The position numbers and the translations under genes are program-made. A DNA stretch of 64,000 nt from Planctomycetota bacterium (GTDB lineage: Bacteria > Planctomycetota > Phycisphaerae > WQYP01): the NCBI GenBank assembly GCA_021785435.1, contig JAJYFE010000003.1, forward strand, positions 1 through 64,000, in the 5' to 3' direction. The notes under the pieces were generated by a model. That model made no database searches. It was not told the origin of the DNA and worked only from the letters and a program-made list of their open reading frames with translations. Positions 1 to 10,422 of this stretch are shown here, piece by piece (within the stretch, counting starts at the first letter, position 1; every line of letters starts with the position of its first letter).

Positions 1-107
1 TCGTCCAACCGGCGCGGGCGCAGCGGCGGTTGGCTCACGCCGGATACAGGCGGCGCAGGATTGTCCTCGGGTAAGACCGCGGCGGTGATGATTCGCTCCC
101 GGCTCAT
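1..107 (-). CDS. ruvB: Holliday junction branch migration helicase RuvB, N-terminus (partial, runs off window)
   Basis: Manual translation from ATG at 107: MSRERIITAAVLPED...LRPRRLD, typical RuvB start; GGAGG upstream; directly downstream of ruvA. Confidence 0.8.
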   Translation of the reverse strand, partial: MSRERIITAAVLPEDNPAPPVSGVSQPPLRPRRLD

Positions 108-237
108 TCTTGCTGCAATACCTCCGCTCTTCGCCCTGCTCCGTCTCGATACCGGTTGGCCGGTCCCCGCATTCCCTGTTGCCTAACGTCTTAAGCCTAA
201 CACCTGGAACCTGTAGCCCGTAACCGCACCTCCGGCC

Positions 238-861
238 TCACGGCACACTCTTTAACCGGTAGGCGGCCTTGACGATATCCGAGGACCGCTTCAGAGTCGG
301 ATCAACGCGGCAGGCCCGATCCACCCAGTTTTCCGCCTCCGCCTGGCGCTCCCCCAGCGCCGTCAGTGCCGCAATCGCCTGGCACTGTTCCTCAGAGCGC
401 TCCAGTCGCGCGGGCCCACCACTGCCAGCCGGGCCTGCGAAAGCATCCACCCGGCCGGTTAGTTCCGTGATAATCCGCTCGGCGGTGCGTTTGCCGATCT
501 CGGGCAGGGTGCTTAAAAACCGGCCATCCGCGCGGACGATGGCCGCGGCGACCTGCTCCACCGGAGCCGTCAGCGCCCGGAGTGCCCGGCGCGGACCGAT
601 CCCCTTGACCGTAATAAATAGCTCGAAAAAATCGCGATCCTGCTCGCGTAAAAATCCCAGCAAACGCGGGGTCAGTTGGCCGAAAGCGGCGTTGCCTTCG
701 ATATATTCAATCGTCAACAGGCTGACGCGCTGGCCCACTCGGCGCTGCAAAGGGACGATATCCACCGCCGGCACCAGCACCTCGTACCCAAGGTCGCCGA
801 CATTCACCAGAATCGTGTCCTGGTTTACCGCTGCCACCGTACCGTTCAGCCGGGCGATCAT
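238..861 (-). CDS. ruvA: Holliday junction branch migration protein RuvA
   Basis: MIARLNG...VGDLGYEV, HhH motifs VKGIGPR and LPEIGKRTAERII, C-terminal AIAALTALG domain. Confidence 0.95.
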   Translation of the reverse strand: MIARLNGTVAAVNQDTILVNVGDLGYEVLVPAVDIVPLQRRVGQRVSLLTIEYIEGNAAFGQLTPRLLGFLREQDRDFFELFITVKGIGPRRALRALTAPVEQVAAAIVRADGRFLSTLPEIGKRTAERIITELTGRVDAFAGPAGSGGPARLERSEEQCQAIAALTALGERQAEAENWVDRACRVDPTLKRSSDIVKAAYRLKSVP

Positions 862-951
862 GCAGATTGCCTCTCCAGTTCCGTGCCGCTAAGTATACTC
901 ATTCTCCAGACGATTGTCCGAATCAGTGTGGGATGGTCGGACGCAGCCCTT

Positions 952-1170
952 CTACGCAAAAGCCGATTTCGTCCCGGGTGTGCCGCGGCCGAGGCTGAAA
1001 CGGATAGTGCCCGGAGCGCGGGAGGCGTCCCACGCCATCGCCCGGCGCGCGGGCGAAACCGGCGTGCTGTCGCCGTAACAGGCTGACCCCGTCGAAGCCG
1101 CCACCGCATCCAGCGCCGCCAGCGCCTGCGGACCGGTGCTTCCCCGGAAAGAAACGCGGAACGACGGGGG
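952..1170 (-). pseudogene. C-terminal fragment of a cysteine desulfurase (IscS/NifS-like)
   Basis: AVAASTGSAC...RAM...GTIRFSLGR matches the class I cysteine desulfurase C-terminus; 5' part absent, replaced by IS256 remnant. Confidence 0.7.
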
Positions 1171-1171
1171 G

Positions 1172-1344
1172 CGCCAGGCCGGCCTGGCCATGGTTTACAA
1201 ACTCTGCCAGAGCGTCCGGCGAGGCTTCCTGCGGTTCAATGGCGCGGAGTTACTCCAGGATGTTATGGCTGGTGTTAAATATGAGGATGGGATTAACAAG
1301 TTAGCCGCCTGAGACCGTCCGTCCACAACATTGGACAGTAGCCC
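1172..1344 (+). mobile_element. IS256-family remnant (transposase C-terminus plus putative right end)
   Basis: RQAGLAMVYKLCQSVRRGFLRFNGAELLQDVMAGVKYEDGINKLAA* (stop 1310-1312) resembles IS256 transposase tails; followed by TCCACAACATTGGACAGTAGCCC, an IS256-like terminus. Confidence 0.65.
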
Positions 1345-1698
1345 TGAAGTTATGGGTGGACCGGCTACGGCAGGTCTGGCCACAAGTGCGGATCACCCTC
1401 CACATCGGCAGCGGCTTTTGGCGCTGGCGGCACGAACTGGCCGCCAGACCTGCGCCAGGCCGCCAACGAGCGCCATTTGGAAAACCAATGAAAAATCCGG
1501 GTTAAGGAGCCGGCCAGATTTCTGCGGCAGTGTTCCCGCCCTCTGCAAAAAATTGTTACGCCCCGTTTTCGGTGGCGCCAGCGCGTCGCTTGTCGGCGTA
1601 CCACACCCGCCGGATAATACTTGGACGGCCCTGCGTTTTCAGCGTCCGCTAACGGACCGCCGTGGGGGAATTCGGGTTGTTCTAAGTGGAGATTCCCT

Positions 1699-2661
1699 AT
1701 GCCTTTAATTGACATGCCCCTGGCGCAACTGGAAACTTATCAAGGCCGAAATCCCCGGCCCGCTGATTTCGACGCTTATTGGGATGCGGCCTTGGCCGAG
1801 ATGCGTCAGGTAACGCCGGAGGTTGAGTTTCGCCCCGCCGCGTTCCAGGCCCCGCACGTGGATTGTTGCGATCTATTTTTCACCGGGGTCGGTGGGGCGC
1901 GCATTCATTGTAAATTCCTGAGGCCCCACAGCGCTGGCACAAAAGCCCCTGCCGTGTGCATGTTCCACGGCTACAGCGGTCATAGCGGCGACTGGGCGGA
2001 TAAACTGGCTTACGCCGGCGCCGGGTTCGTCGTGGCGGCGATGGACTGCCGTGGCCAGGGCGGCCTGTCGGAAGACCTTACGCCCGTGCGCGGAACCACC
2101 CATAGCGGCCACATTGTCCGCGGCCTGGAGGACCCCGATCCGCGGCGTTTGCTCTTCCGCTCCATTTTTCTGGATACGGCACAGCTGGCAGGGTTGATCA
2201 TGGCCCTGCCCGAAGTTGATCCGTCACGGGTCTACGCCACCGGGGGTTCCCAAGGCGGCGGCCTTACGCTGGCTTGCGCCGCTCTGGAGCCGCGCCTGGC
2301 TCGGATTGCCGTCGCCTTTCCTTTCCTGTGCGACTATCAGCGCGTGTGGGAAATGGATCTGGCCAAAGACGCGTACCATGAATTGCGCAACTTTTTCCGC
2401 AACCACGATCCGTGTCATCAGCGGCAGCGGGAAATTTTTACCCGCTTAGGTTATATCGACTGCCAGCATTTGGCGCCGCGGATTCGCGCCAAAACCATGC
2501 TGGCGGTTGGTTTGATGGACACCATCTGTCCCCCTTCAACCCAGTTCGCCGCGTACAACAAACTCGTCTGTCCCAAGTCCCGACGGATCTATCCCGACTT
2601 TACCCATGAGCATCTGCCCGGTTGGAATGATGAAATTTTTCAATTCTTCCGCGGGAACTGA
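1699..2661 (+). CDS. Acetyl xylan esterase / cephalosporin-C deacetylase (CE7)
   Basis: MPLIDMPL start, RGQGG, GGSQGG nucleophile elbow, DTICPPSTQFAAYN, HE catalytic His. Confidence 0.9.
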   Translation: MPLIDMPLAQLETYQGRNPRPADFDAYWDAALAEMRQVTPEVEFRPAAFQAPHVDCCDLFFTGVGGARIHCKFLRPHSAGTKAPAVCMFHGYSGHSGDWADKLAYAGAGFVVAAMDCRGQGGLSEDLTPVRGTTHSGHIVRGLEDPDPRRLLFRSIFLDTAQLAGLIMALPEVDPSRVYATGGSQGGGLTLACAALEPRLARIAVAFPFLCDYQRVWEMDLAKDAYHELRNFFRNHDPCHQRQREIFTRLGYIDCQHLAPRIRAKTMLAVGLMDTICPPSTQFAAYNKLVCPKSRRIYPDFTHEHLPGWNDEIFQFFRGN

Positions 2662-2694
2662 AGAGCCGGTCTGGCTGAGGACCCGCAGATGGAG

Positions 2695-3471
2695 TCAGGC
2701 TTCGCGTGCCGCGGTCCACGCCGCAAGTGCTCCGATGGTGCGCTGGAAAATCTCCTGGATTGAGCCGGCGGCGGAGACGGTAATCAACCGCCCCCTGCGC
2801 CGGTAGTAGTTGATGAGCGGCTCGGTGATGCGGGTGTATTCGCGCATCCGGGCCTGACAGACCTCCGGGCGGTCATCTTCCCGTGGCTGGAGCGTGGCCC
2901 CGCACGCGTCGCATTTTCCCGCGCAGCGTGGCGGTTGACTGATCTCGTGGAAAACCGCATGGCAGTGCGGACAGATCCGGCGACCCGCCAGGCGGGCAAT
3001 GATCTCCGCCAGGGGCAGGTCATAATCCAGAACGACATCCAGGTTTATCCGTTGCTGGGTCAGCACCGCGTCAAAAGCCTGGGCCTGGCGCAGGGTGCGC
3101 GGAAACCCATCCAACAAAAATCCCGCGGGGCAACGCAGGCACACCGCGCGTTCCACCACCAAAGCCAGCACCACTTCGTCGGAAACCAGCTGTCCCTGCC
3201 GCATCGCGGCCAGCGCCTCCCGCATCGCCCCATCGACCTGATCGGGATGCAGGGTTTTAGCCGCGCGGAAAATATCGCCGGTGGAAAGATGGCAGGCGCC
3301 CAGGTGAGCGGAAAGTTTTTCCGCCTGCGTGCCCTTACCCACACCGGGCGGGCCAAGCAGAATCATCCGCCAAACTCGCGGCGGTGCGGCGGGAGGCTGG
3401 GAGCATCGCCACGCCGGGCCTTGGAGCCACGTGGCACGATCGGAAACCGCGGAAGGGGCGCTTACCGTCAT
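2695..3471 (-). CDS. adk: Adenylate kinase (Zn-lid type, N-terminal extension)
   Basis: LLGPPGVGKGTQA P-loop, STGDIFR, GFLLDGFPRT, CxxC...CxxC lid. Confidence 0.93.
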   Translation of the reverse strand: MTVSAPSAVSDRATWLQGPAWRCSQPPAAPPRVWRMILLGPPGVGKGTQAEKLSAHLGACHLSTGDIFRAAKTLHPDQVDGAMREALAAMRQGQLVSDEVVLALVVERAVCLRCPAGFLLDGFPRTLRQAQAFDAVLTQQRINLDVVLDYDLPLAEIIARLAGRRICPHCHAVFHEISQPPRCAGKCDACGATLQPREDDRPEVCQARMREYTRITEPLINYYRRRGRLITVSAAGSIQEIFQRTIGALAAWTAAREA

Positions 3472-3781
3472 GGCTGGTTCGTCCTCGCCAGAACGTAAAG
3501 GCTTGCCCCTCAGATTGTCCAGACTTGCCCCAACGCACTAAGATAGCGTCGGGTCCTGGCGGATGCAAACGACTAGGGTTATTATGAACTTGGTAACCGT
3601 TCACGGGCTGCCGCGATTGGTGCGGCCCCGCCTGTCGCCGCGGTTCAGTCGCCCCCGGCGACCTGCGGGCGGTGCAACCAACGCCGCGATCCACCGCGGG
3701 CGACTGAACCGGTGAGATACCCCATCGCGGAGTCAGGCGCGAGTCCGGGCACGGTTCCTAAAACTGATCGCGGGAGCCCCC

Positions 3782-4750
3782 ATGAGCTATCGTGAACCGC
3801 ATTGGCGCAGAGAACCTTGGATGCCAATAGCGCCGACGAGGCTGCGGAAACGTATTTCCATACTGCCCACACTGATGACGCTGGGGAACCTGCTCTGTGG
3901 TTTCGCCGCTTTGGGCTACGCCTCCGGCGCCGGCTCGGTGGAGGCGCCCAGCCTCGGCGGGCCGTACGCGGCGGCCGGCTACCTTATCTTCGCAGCGATG
4001 GTTTTGGACATTCTGGACGGCGGCCTGGCCCGGCTGGCCCGCGCCACCAGCGATTTTGGGACGGAGTTGGATTCCTTGGCGGACGTGGTCACCTTCGGCG
4101 TCGTGCCGGCCTTCCTGTGCTTGAAAATCGTCTCTCATGTCCTGGCCGATGGGGGAGCGCCGGCCATCGCGATCAGCCCCGTGGCGGAAAGCATGCTTGG
4201 GCGTTTTTACTGGATTATCGCCGCCATCTACGTAGCCTGCGCGGCGCTGCGCCTGGCCCGGTTTAATACGCTCAATCAACATGGTCTGGAGGCCCACCTG
4301 GCCTTCAAGGGTTTGCCGACACCGGGCGCCGCGGGCGTCGTCGCGGCCAGCGTCATTTTTTTTGAGGCCCTGCGCCCCGGCTCGCCGCACGTTTTTCCGT
4401 TCAATGTTCCGCCGGTGCTGGGGGCGGCGGTCACGAAAATTTTTCCCTACGCCATGCCCGTGATTCTGCTGCTGCTGGCGATTCTCATGGTCAGTCGCAT
4501 CAGTTACGGGCACTTGATCAACCAATATTTACGGGGGCGCAAGCCGTTCTCTTACGTGGTGCGGGCGGTGCTGCTGCTGCTGTTGGTGCTCTGGCAGCCC
4601 CAATTAACCGTTCTGATTGTCATTTATATCTACGCCTTTTACCCGCCGGTTCGCGCGGCCTGGCGGAAACTGCTCCGTCGCCCCGAACCGCCAAGCCTGG
4701 CGGCGGGTATCGTGGGCCGCCGTGCGGAGGACGACTATCCGTCGGTATGA
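3782..4750 (+). CDS. pssA: CDP-diacylglycerol--serine O-phosphatidyltransferase
   Basis: LPTLMTLGN, DILDGGLARLA...FGTELDSLADVVTFG CDP-alcohol motif, RLARFN, FKGLPTP; start may be 3821. Confidence 0.88.
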   Translation: MSYREPHWRREPWMPIAPTRLRKRISILPTLMTLGNLLCGFAALGYASGAGSVEAPSLGGPYAAAGYLIFAAMVLDILDGGLARLARATSDFGTELDSLADVVTFGVVPAFLCLKIVSHVLADGGAPAIAISPVAESMLGRFYWIIAAIYVACAALRLARFNTLNQHGLEAHLAFKGLPTPGAAGVVAASVIFFEALRPGSPHVFPFNVPPVLGAAVTKIFPYAMPVILLLLAILMVSRISYGHLINQYLRGRKPFSYVVRAVLLLLLVLWQPQLTVLIVIYIYAFYPPVRAAWRKLLRRPEPPSLAAGIVGRRAEDDYPSV

Positions 4751-5493
4751 AAGTCGCACTGATTACGGGTGGTTCCAGCGGCATCGGTGCCGCCACGGCC
4801 AGAGAGCTCCTCGAGCGTCGTTGGGCGGTGGTGCTGGCCGCGCGGGGGCGGCCGAGGCTGGAAGCGACCGCGCACTGTCTGGCCCGGCGCGGTGGTGCGG
4901 TTTTGTCGATCCCCGCGGATGTCAGCCAGCCGGATCAGGCCGAAGCGCTGGTCGCTCAGGCCGCCGCCTGGAAAGGTCGGCTTGACGCGGTGATTAATGC
5001 GGCGGGCGCCGCGCCGCTGGCGCCGTTGGCGCGGCTTTCCGCGGCGCAATGGCGGCGGATTCTCGATACCAATCTATCCGCAGTGTTCCACACCACCCGG
5101 GCCGCTTGGCCGATCTTTGGGCGACAGCACCGCCGCCGGGCCAAAGGTCGGCTGCGGGAGGGCGCCACCGGCTGGACCGGAACCATTGTCAATATTTCCA
5201 GCGAAGCCTCACGCGATCCCTTCGCTGGTTTGGGCGCGTATGGCGCCGCCAAGGCGGCGTTGAATGTGCTCACCCGCGTGATCGCCCGCGAAGGTCTCGC
5301 CATCGGGGTGCGCGCCGTCGCCATCGCCCCGGGAGCGGTGGACACCCCCATGTTCCGCGCCTTGCCGTTCGCCGGCCAAGTGGCGGCGGAGGCGCTGCTT
5401 GCGCCTCAGGATGTCGCCGCCGCCATTGTGGCCGCCCTGGAGGGCAGCCTATGGTGCGCCAGCGGAGAAACTATTTTCATCCACGCCCGCTAA
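4747..5493 (+). CDS. SDR family oxidoreductase
   Basis: TGGSSGIG, NAAG, YGAAK (YxxxK). Confidence 0.9.
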   Translation: MKVALITGGSSGIGAATARELLERRWAVVLAARGRPRLEATAHCLARRGGAVLSIPADVSQPDQAEALVAQAAAWKGRLDAVINAAGAAPLAPLARLSAAQWRRILDTNLSAVFHTTRAAWPIFGRQHRRRAKGRLREGATGWTGTIVNISSEASRDPFAGLGAYGAAKAALNVLTRVIAREGLAIGVRAVAIAPGAVDTPMFRALPFAGQVAAEALLAPQDVAAAIVAALEGSLWCASGETIFIHAR

Positions 5494-5535
5494 CACCCCG
5501 CTAACACCAAGGTGCGGCGGCACCGGAGACGTCCG

Positions 5536-6042
5536 ATGAAACTTTACCTCTGCCGCCATGCCCTGGCGGCCGATGCCAGCGGAAAAGTGTCCGACGCGGA
5601 CCGGCCGCTTACGCCCCAAGGCATTCGTAAATTTCAACGCGCAGCGCGTGGCCTGGCGGCGCTGGAGCCGGGAATTCAAACCATCCTGAGTTCTCCGCTG
5701 GTGCGGGCGCGGCAAACCGCCCGGTTGGCGGCGGAGGCGTTATCATCCGCCAGCGCCGAAACGCCTGTGGTTGCTATCGCGCCGAGCCTGGCCCCGCCTG
5801 GGCGGCTTGATATTTTCTTAGACGGCTTGCGAACGATTAAAGAGCCTGCTGGCGGCGTTATGGCCGTTGGCCACGAGCCGATCCTAAGTCGTTGGATTGG
5901 CCAGCTCTGCTTTGGCCATCCCGGCGCATGTCAGATGAAGAAAGGCGCCGTCGCGGCGATGGATCTGGATCTCAGCGCAGGTCGCGGAACGCTGCTCTAT
6001 TTGCTCCAGCCGGGGCAACTGCGGCGGCTCCGGGCCAGGTGA
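5536..6042 (+). CDS. sixA: Phosphohistidine phosphatase SixA
   Basis: MKLYLCRHA, DRPLTPQG, SSPLVRARQTA, VGHEP. Confidence 0.88.
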   Translation: MKLYLCRHALAADASGKVSDADRPLTPQGIRKFQRAARGLAALEPGIQTILSSPLVRARQTARLAAEALSSASAETPVVAIAPSLAPPGRLDIFLDGLRTIKEPAGGVMAVGHEPILSRWIGQLCFGHPGACQMKKGAVAAMDLDLSAGRGTLLYLLQPGQLRRLRAR

Positions 6043-6206
6043 GAGCTGGCCCATCCATAACCTTGACCCTTTTCAGCCACTGCGGCCGCCACGATCCCGA
6101 GGCATCGGGATTGGCCTTTCGCGCCCGGCCAATCCCCGACGTTCTGCCGAAAGGTAAAGGATATCTCCTTACGGCCCCTAACGCCATCGTGCTACAAAAC
6201 CGCCTC

Positions 6207-6722
6207 TTAATAGGTGATCACGTGGTGGAGGGCGTAGCCCTGCAGTTTTGCCCGCCCGTGGAGAAAGCCCAGCTCAATCAGCACCGCGATACCGACAATG
6301 TTTCCGCCGAGCGAACGGACCAGCCGGCAGCAAGCGTCCATCGTGCCGCCCGTGGCCAGCAGGTCATCGACCAGCAGGCAGCGCTGGCCTACCGCTACCG
6401 CGTCACGGTGAATTTCCAGGGTGTCCTGGCCGTATTCCAGATCGTAGGTCAGCGCGATTTTAGCTGCGGGCAATTTCTTCGGTTTACGGATCGGCACGAA
6501 GCCGCAGGAAAGCGCCTGGGCCACGGCAGTGCCGAAAATGAAACCGCGCGATTCCGCCCCCACCACCGCCTGAATACCCTTTCCCCGGAACGGATTCGCC
6601 AGCAACTCCACCGCCAGAGCCAAACCCGCTGGATCGCGCAGCAGCGGTGTGATGTCCTTGAAAATAATCCCTGGGCGGGGAAAGTCCGGCACATCGCGAA
6701 TCAGCTGCTTCAACTCCAACAT
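6207..6722 (-). CDS. apt: Adenine phosphoribosyltransferase
   Basis: PDFPRPGIIFKDITPLL, ESRGF, LLVDDLLATGGT. Confidence 0.96.
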   Translation of the reverse strand: MLELKQLIRDVPDFPRPGIIFKDITPLLRDPAGLALAVELLANPFRGKGIQAVVGAESRGFIFGTAVAQALSCGFVPIRKPKKLPAAKIALTYDLEYGQDTLEIHRDAVAVGQRCLLVDDLLATGGTMDACCRLVRSLGGNIVGIAVLIELGFLHGRAKLQGYALHHVITY

Positions 6723-6733
6723 ACGCCAAGCCT

Positions 6734-7867
6734 CTATTCCAGCACCAGGTCGTCCCGGTGCACCACTTCGTCATACCAGGTTTCGCTGTCCAGCAACTGT
6801 GAAAATTCCCGCGACTTATGTCCTTTGATTTTTTCAACATCGTCGCGGCTGTAGTTACTCAAGCCGCGGGCGATGACCTGACCGGTGCTATCGACAATGG
6901 CCACCGCGTCACCGGGGGCGAAATCGCCGCGGGTTGTGACGATGCCGCCGGCCAGAAGCGATTTATTATTTCGCAACGCCGCCGCGGCCCCCGTGTCCAC
7001 CGTAATGGCGCCGCGGGTCCGCGCGGTCAAGCTGATCCAGCGGCTGCGGGCGGAAAGCCGGCGCTGCGCCGGTCGCAGCAGGGTGCCCAGTTCTTCGCCG
7101 GCCAGCAGACGCTGCACCACATTGGGCTCCTTGCCATTGGCGATCAACACCGGTTCGCCGGCCGTCCGTACCACGGCTGCGGCGGCGAGTTTTGCACCCA
7201 TGCCCCCGGAGCCGCGCGGGCTGCGCTCGGGGCGCACCAGATGCGCCACGCTGGCATCCAGGGTTTCCACCAGCGGTTGCACCCGGCCGGAGCCATCTTG
7301 CAGGCCGTCGACGACGGAAAGCAGAATCAACAAATCCGCCTGCAGCAGATTCGTCACGTGAGCCGCAATAAGGTCGTTATCGCCAAAGCGGATTTCGTCC
7401 ACGGTCACCGCGTCGTTTTCGTTGATAATGGGCAGGGCGCCGCAGCGGTGCAGCGCGTGCAGGCAGTTCCGCAGATTCAGGTACCGTACGCGATCCTCAA
7501 AATCACGCCGGCTCACGAGAATCTGGCCCGCGTGCAGGCCGTGTGGCTGCAAGGCCGCGGCGAAACTGTTGATCAACCGGCTCTGGCCGATGGCCGCGGC
7601 GGCCTGCAGCATCGGCAGGTCCTTCGGCCGCTTGGTCAGCGCCAGCTCGGTCATGCCCGCGCCGATGGCGCCGCTCGACACCAGCGTTACGCGAATATTC
7701 CGCTGGCGCCACACCTGCGCTACATCCGCCGCCAACTGCGCGATAATGCGATGATCCAGTCGATCGTCCGCACCGCACAAGGCGTTGGTGCCGATTTTGA
7801 CAACGACGGCGGAAATATTCGCCAACAGCGCCGCCCGCGACGGAATTTTGGTGGTGCTTTCCATCAT
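6734..7867 (-). CDS. proB: Glutamate 5-kinase with PUA domain
   Basis: VVKIGT, VSSGAI, PIINENDAV, FGDND, GSGGM, C-terminal VVHRDDLV. Confidence 0.95.
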   Translation of the reverse strand: MMESTTKIPSRAALLANISAVVVKIGTNALCGADDRLDHRIIAQLAADVAQVWRQRNIRVTLVSSGAIGAGMTELALTKRPKDLPMLQAAAAIGQSRLINSFAAALQPHGLHAGQILVSRRDFEDRVRYLNLRNCLHALHRCGALPIINENDAVTVDEIRFGDNDLIAAHVTNLLQADLLILLSVVDGLQDGSGRVQPLVETLDASVAHLVRPERSPRGSGGMGAKLAAAAVVRTAGEPVLIANGKEPNVVQRLLAGEELGTLLRPAQRRLSARSRWISLTARTRGAITVDTGAAAALRNNKSLLAGGIVTTRGDFAPGDAVAIVDSTGQVIARGLSNYSRDDVEKIKGHKSREFSQLLDSETWYDEVVHRDDLVLE

Positions 7868-7942
7868 GACGATGGTATTATTGCGTCAAGGTGAGGCGGA
7901 CGCTACCCGTCGCGGACTGATGGGGTTTCCGGGAAATTCACG

Positions 7943-8218
7943 CTAGGAGGCGGAAGGAGCAGCCCCCGGGGCCGGGGCTTCCGGCTCGATGGACACCTTA
8001 CGATTGGGGGCAAAATGAACCCGTCCGCCAGTCAGCGCGAACAAGCTGTCGTCGCGGGCCACGGCCACATTCTTGCCGGCGCGGAACCGTGTGCCGCGTT
8101 GCCGCACCAAAATGGACCCCGCGGTGACGCAGGCACCGGCGTACGCCTTAATGCCGAGATATTGCGGATTGCTGTCCCGACCGTTATGGGTCGAGCCTTG
8201 ACCTTTTTTATGCGCCAT
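7943..8218 (-). CDS. rpmA: 50S ribosomal protein L27
   Basis: [17 protein letters not shown]...[12 protein letters not shown]; start at ATG 8218. Confidence 0.97.
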   Translation of the reverse strand: MAHKKGQGSTHNGRDSNPQYLGIKAYAGACVTAGSILVRQRGTRFRAGKNVAVARDDSLFALTGGRVHFAPNRKVSIEPEAPAPGAAPSAS

Positions 8219-8444
8219 GAGGCTGCTCCTGTCCAACCAGGGTTGGTTCGTTTGGCCCAAACCCGTGCCAAACCTACAGTTTAGTCCATCGCCGGGGTAT
8301 TTCAACTCTTCGCGGAACCCCACCACGCAGAACCTCAGACCGTCGCGGGGCGCCAGCCGGGGCGTTCAGTCAGTCCTTCTGTCTTCCGGTAGAATACCTT
8401 CACCATGCCGGGGGGCATGCAGCCTGACATCCACGGAGCGGTTC

Positions 8445-9962
8445 ATGGTTGCCGGGAAGGGTTTATACATCGACGGGAACTGGCGGGCGGGTGAGGCTGT
8501 GGGCTTCGCCTCGTGCTGCCCTTGGGATGGGGAACCCCTTTGGCGGGGCGCGGCGGCTTCCACCGCCCAGGTTGACGCCGCGGTCCGCGCGGCCCGGCGG
8601 GCCCTGCCGCAATGGGCCGGGCGCAGTGTGGCGGAGCGGCGAAAAGTCCTGGCCGCCTTTGCCGACCAACTCGAGGCCAACCGGGCGAATCTCGCCCGTA
8701 TCATCGCTCTGGAAACCGGCAAGCCACTCTGGGAAGCGGACACCGAAATCAGTTCCATGATCGGCAAACTACCGCTGACGCTGGAAGCCTTTCAGGAGCG
8801 GCGAAGCCATCGACGGATAAAGCTAGCGGAGGCCACCGGGGAGACGTTCTATAAGCCGCACGGCGTGACGGCGGTCTTCGGCCCGTTCAACATGCCCGGC
8901 CATTTGCCCAATGGCCACATCATGCCCGCGTTATTGGCGGGGAATACCATCATCTACAAGCCCAGCGAATTGACGCCCTGGATGGGGCAGTACACCGCAG
9001 AACTTTGGCAAAACACCGGCTTGCCGCCGGGTGTGCTGAATCTGGTTCAGGGTGGCCGTGAAGCCGGGGCGGACCTGGCCAGTCATTCTGAATTGGACGC
9101 TATCTTTTTTACGGGCAGCTTTGCGACGGGGCAGGCACTGTTACAGATGAGTCTGCCGTTTCCGCAGCGGATGCTGGTGTTGGAAATGGGGGGTAATAAT
9201 CCGCTGGTGATTTTTGACTGCGCTGAGATCCAAGCCGCCGCGTATACCACGGTCATATCAGCGTTTCTAACCGCGGGGCAGCGTTGCACGTGCGCCCGGC
9301 GGTTGATTGTCTCCGATGACGCCGCGGGTGAACGCCTGATCGCCGCGGTCGTGGATGGGACCCGGCGTATACGCCTGGGCGGTCCGTTGGACCAGCCGGA
9401 GCCATTTATGGGGCCGGTGATCACCGCGGCGGCGGCGGAAAAAGTGCTGGCGGCTCAACGGGCGTTAATTGCACGAGGGGCACGTCTGCTGCTGGAGGCC
9501 AGGCGCCCTGACGTCCGACGGCCGGCCTTGCTTTCCCCGGGCATATTGGATGCTACCGCCGCCATCGATCGGCCCGATGAAGAGGTTTTCGGCCCATTGC
9601 TGCAGGTGATTCGCGTGGCGGATTTTGCCGCGGCGTTGCGTGAAGCCAACCGGACCCGATTCGGTTTAAGTGCCGCTTTACTAAGCGATCGTGCGGACCT
9701 GTGGGGACATTTCCGCAATGGCATTCGCGCCGGGGTGGTCCATTTCAATCGTCCCACGAACGGCGCCAGCGGGGCCTTGCCCTTTGGCGGGGTTGGTTGC
9801 AGCGGCAATCATCGCCCCAGCGGTTATTGGGCGGCGGATTATTGCTCGTATCCCGTGGCGTGCGTGGAAACGCCGCGCCTCGCCATGCCGAAGCAGCCGC
9901 TGCCAGCGTGCCTGGAAGACGGACCCTCAGGAGCAAGATTAAGTGCAGGAGAACGCATATAA
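8445..9962 (+). CDS. astD: Succinylglutamate-semialdehyde dehydrogenase
   Basis: GPFNMPGHLPNGHI, FTGS, LEMGGNNP, TAGQRCTCARR, SGNHRPS..AADYCSYP. Confidence 0.9.
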   Translation: MVAGKGLYIDGNWRAGEAVGFASCCPWDGEPLWRGAAASTAQVDAAVRAARRALPQWAGRSVAERRKVLAAFADQLEANRANLARIIALETGKPLWEADTEISSMIGKLPLTLEAFQERRSHRRIKLAEATGETFYKPHGVTAVFGPFNMPGHLPNGHIMPALLAGNTIIYKPSELTPWMGQYTAELWQNTGLPPGVLNLVQGGREAGADLASHSELDAIFFTGSFATGQALLQMSLPFPQRMLVLEMGGNNPLVIFDCAEIQAAAYTTVISAFLTAGQRCTCARRLIVSDDAAGERLIAAVVDGTRRIRLGGPLDQPEPFMGPVITAAAAEKVLAAQRALIARGARLLLEARRPDVRRPALLSPGILDATAAIDRPDEEVFGPLLQVIRVADFAAALREANRTRFGLSAALLSDRADLWGHFRNGIRAGVVHFNRPTNGASGALPFGGVGCSGNHRPSGYWAADYCSYPVACVETPRLAMPKQPLPACLEDGPSGARLSAGERI

Positions 9963-9985
9963 TGGCCCTTAACGGAGGTTTCGCC

Positions 9986-10195
9986 TTGCGATCTTACCCG
10001 GCGGTTGTGGAAAAAGGCCGGGACACGGGTTTGGATGTAGGTTATGTTCCGGGTTTTGTCGGCGCTCATTCCCAAGGGGCTACGCTCGACGAATTGCAGC
10101 GGAATCTCCAGGAAGTCATCGCGATGCTCTTGGAGGATCCAAGCGTCGAGGCGGAAAGCGACTTCGTCGGCATCCAAGCGGTACAGGTGGCGTGA
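9986..10195 (+). CDS. HicB-family antitoxin (short)
   Basis: GGAGG then TTG at 9986; VGYVPGFVGAHSQGATLDELQRNLQEVIAMLLE is the HicB fold. Confidence 0.8.
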   Translation: MRSYPAVVEKGRDTGLDVGYVPGFVGAHSQGATLDELQRNLQEVIAMLLEDPSVEAESDFVGIQAVQVA

Positions 10196-10197
10196 CG

Positions 10198-10422
10198 ATG
10201 CCCAAGCCGCCTGTTTTAAAACCACGCGAGGTGATTACCCTGCTGGAATCACGCAGATTCGTGGCGGTTTGACAGTGTGGATTTCACATCCACTACCGGC
10301 ATCCCGATGGTCGGGCTACTACGGTGCCCTTCCATCCAGAGCGCGATATTTCTCCACTGTTGCTGCGTCCGATCGCCAAGGACATGGGCTTAAGGTGGGA
10401 GGAATTCACGCCTAAGATATGA
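10198..10422 (+). pseudogene. HicA-family toxin with in-frame TGA at 10270-10272
   Basis: Manual translation MPKPPVLKPREVITLLESRRFVAV*QCGFHIHYRHPDGRATTVPFHPERDISPLLLRPIAKDMGL. Confidence 0.8.

Noticed and set aside
175..237. Loose 7-bp periodic CCT-type repeats after ruvA
   Set aside because: Too short and degenerate to assign
7867..7943. obgE absent between rpmA and proB
   Set aside because: Ordinary gene-order variation; no remnant visible
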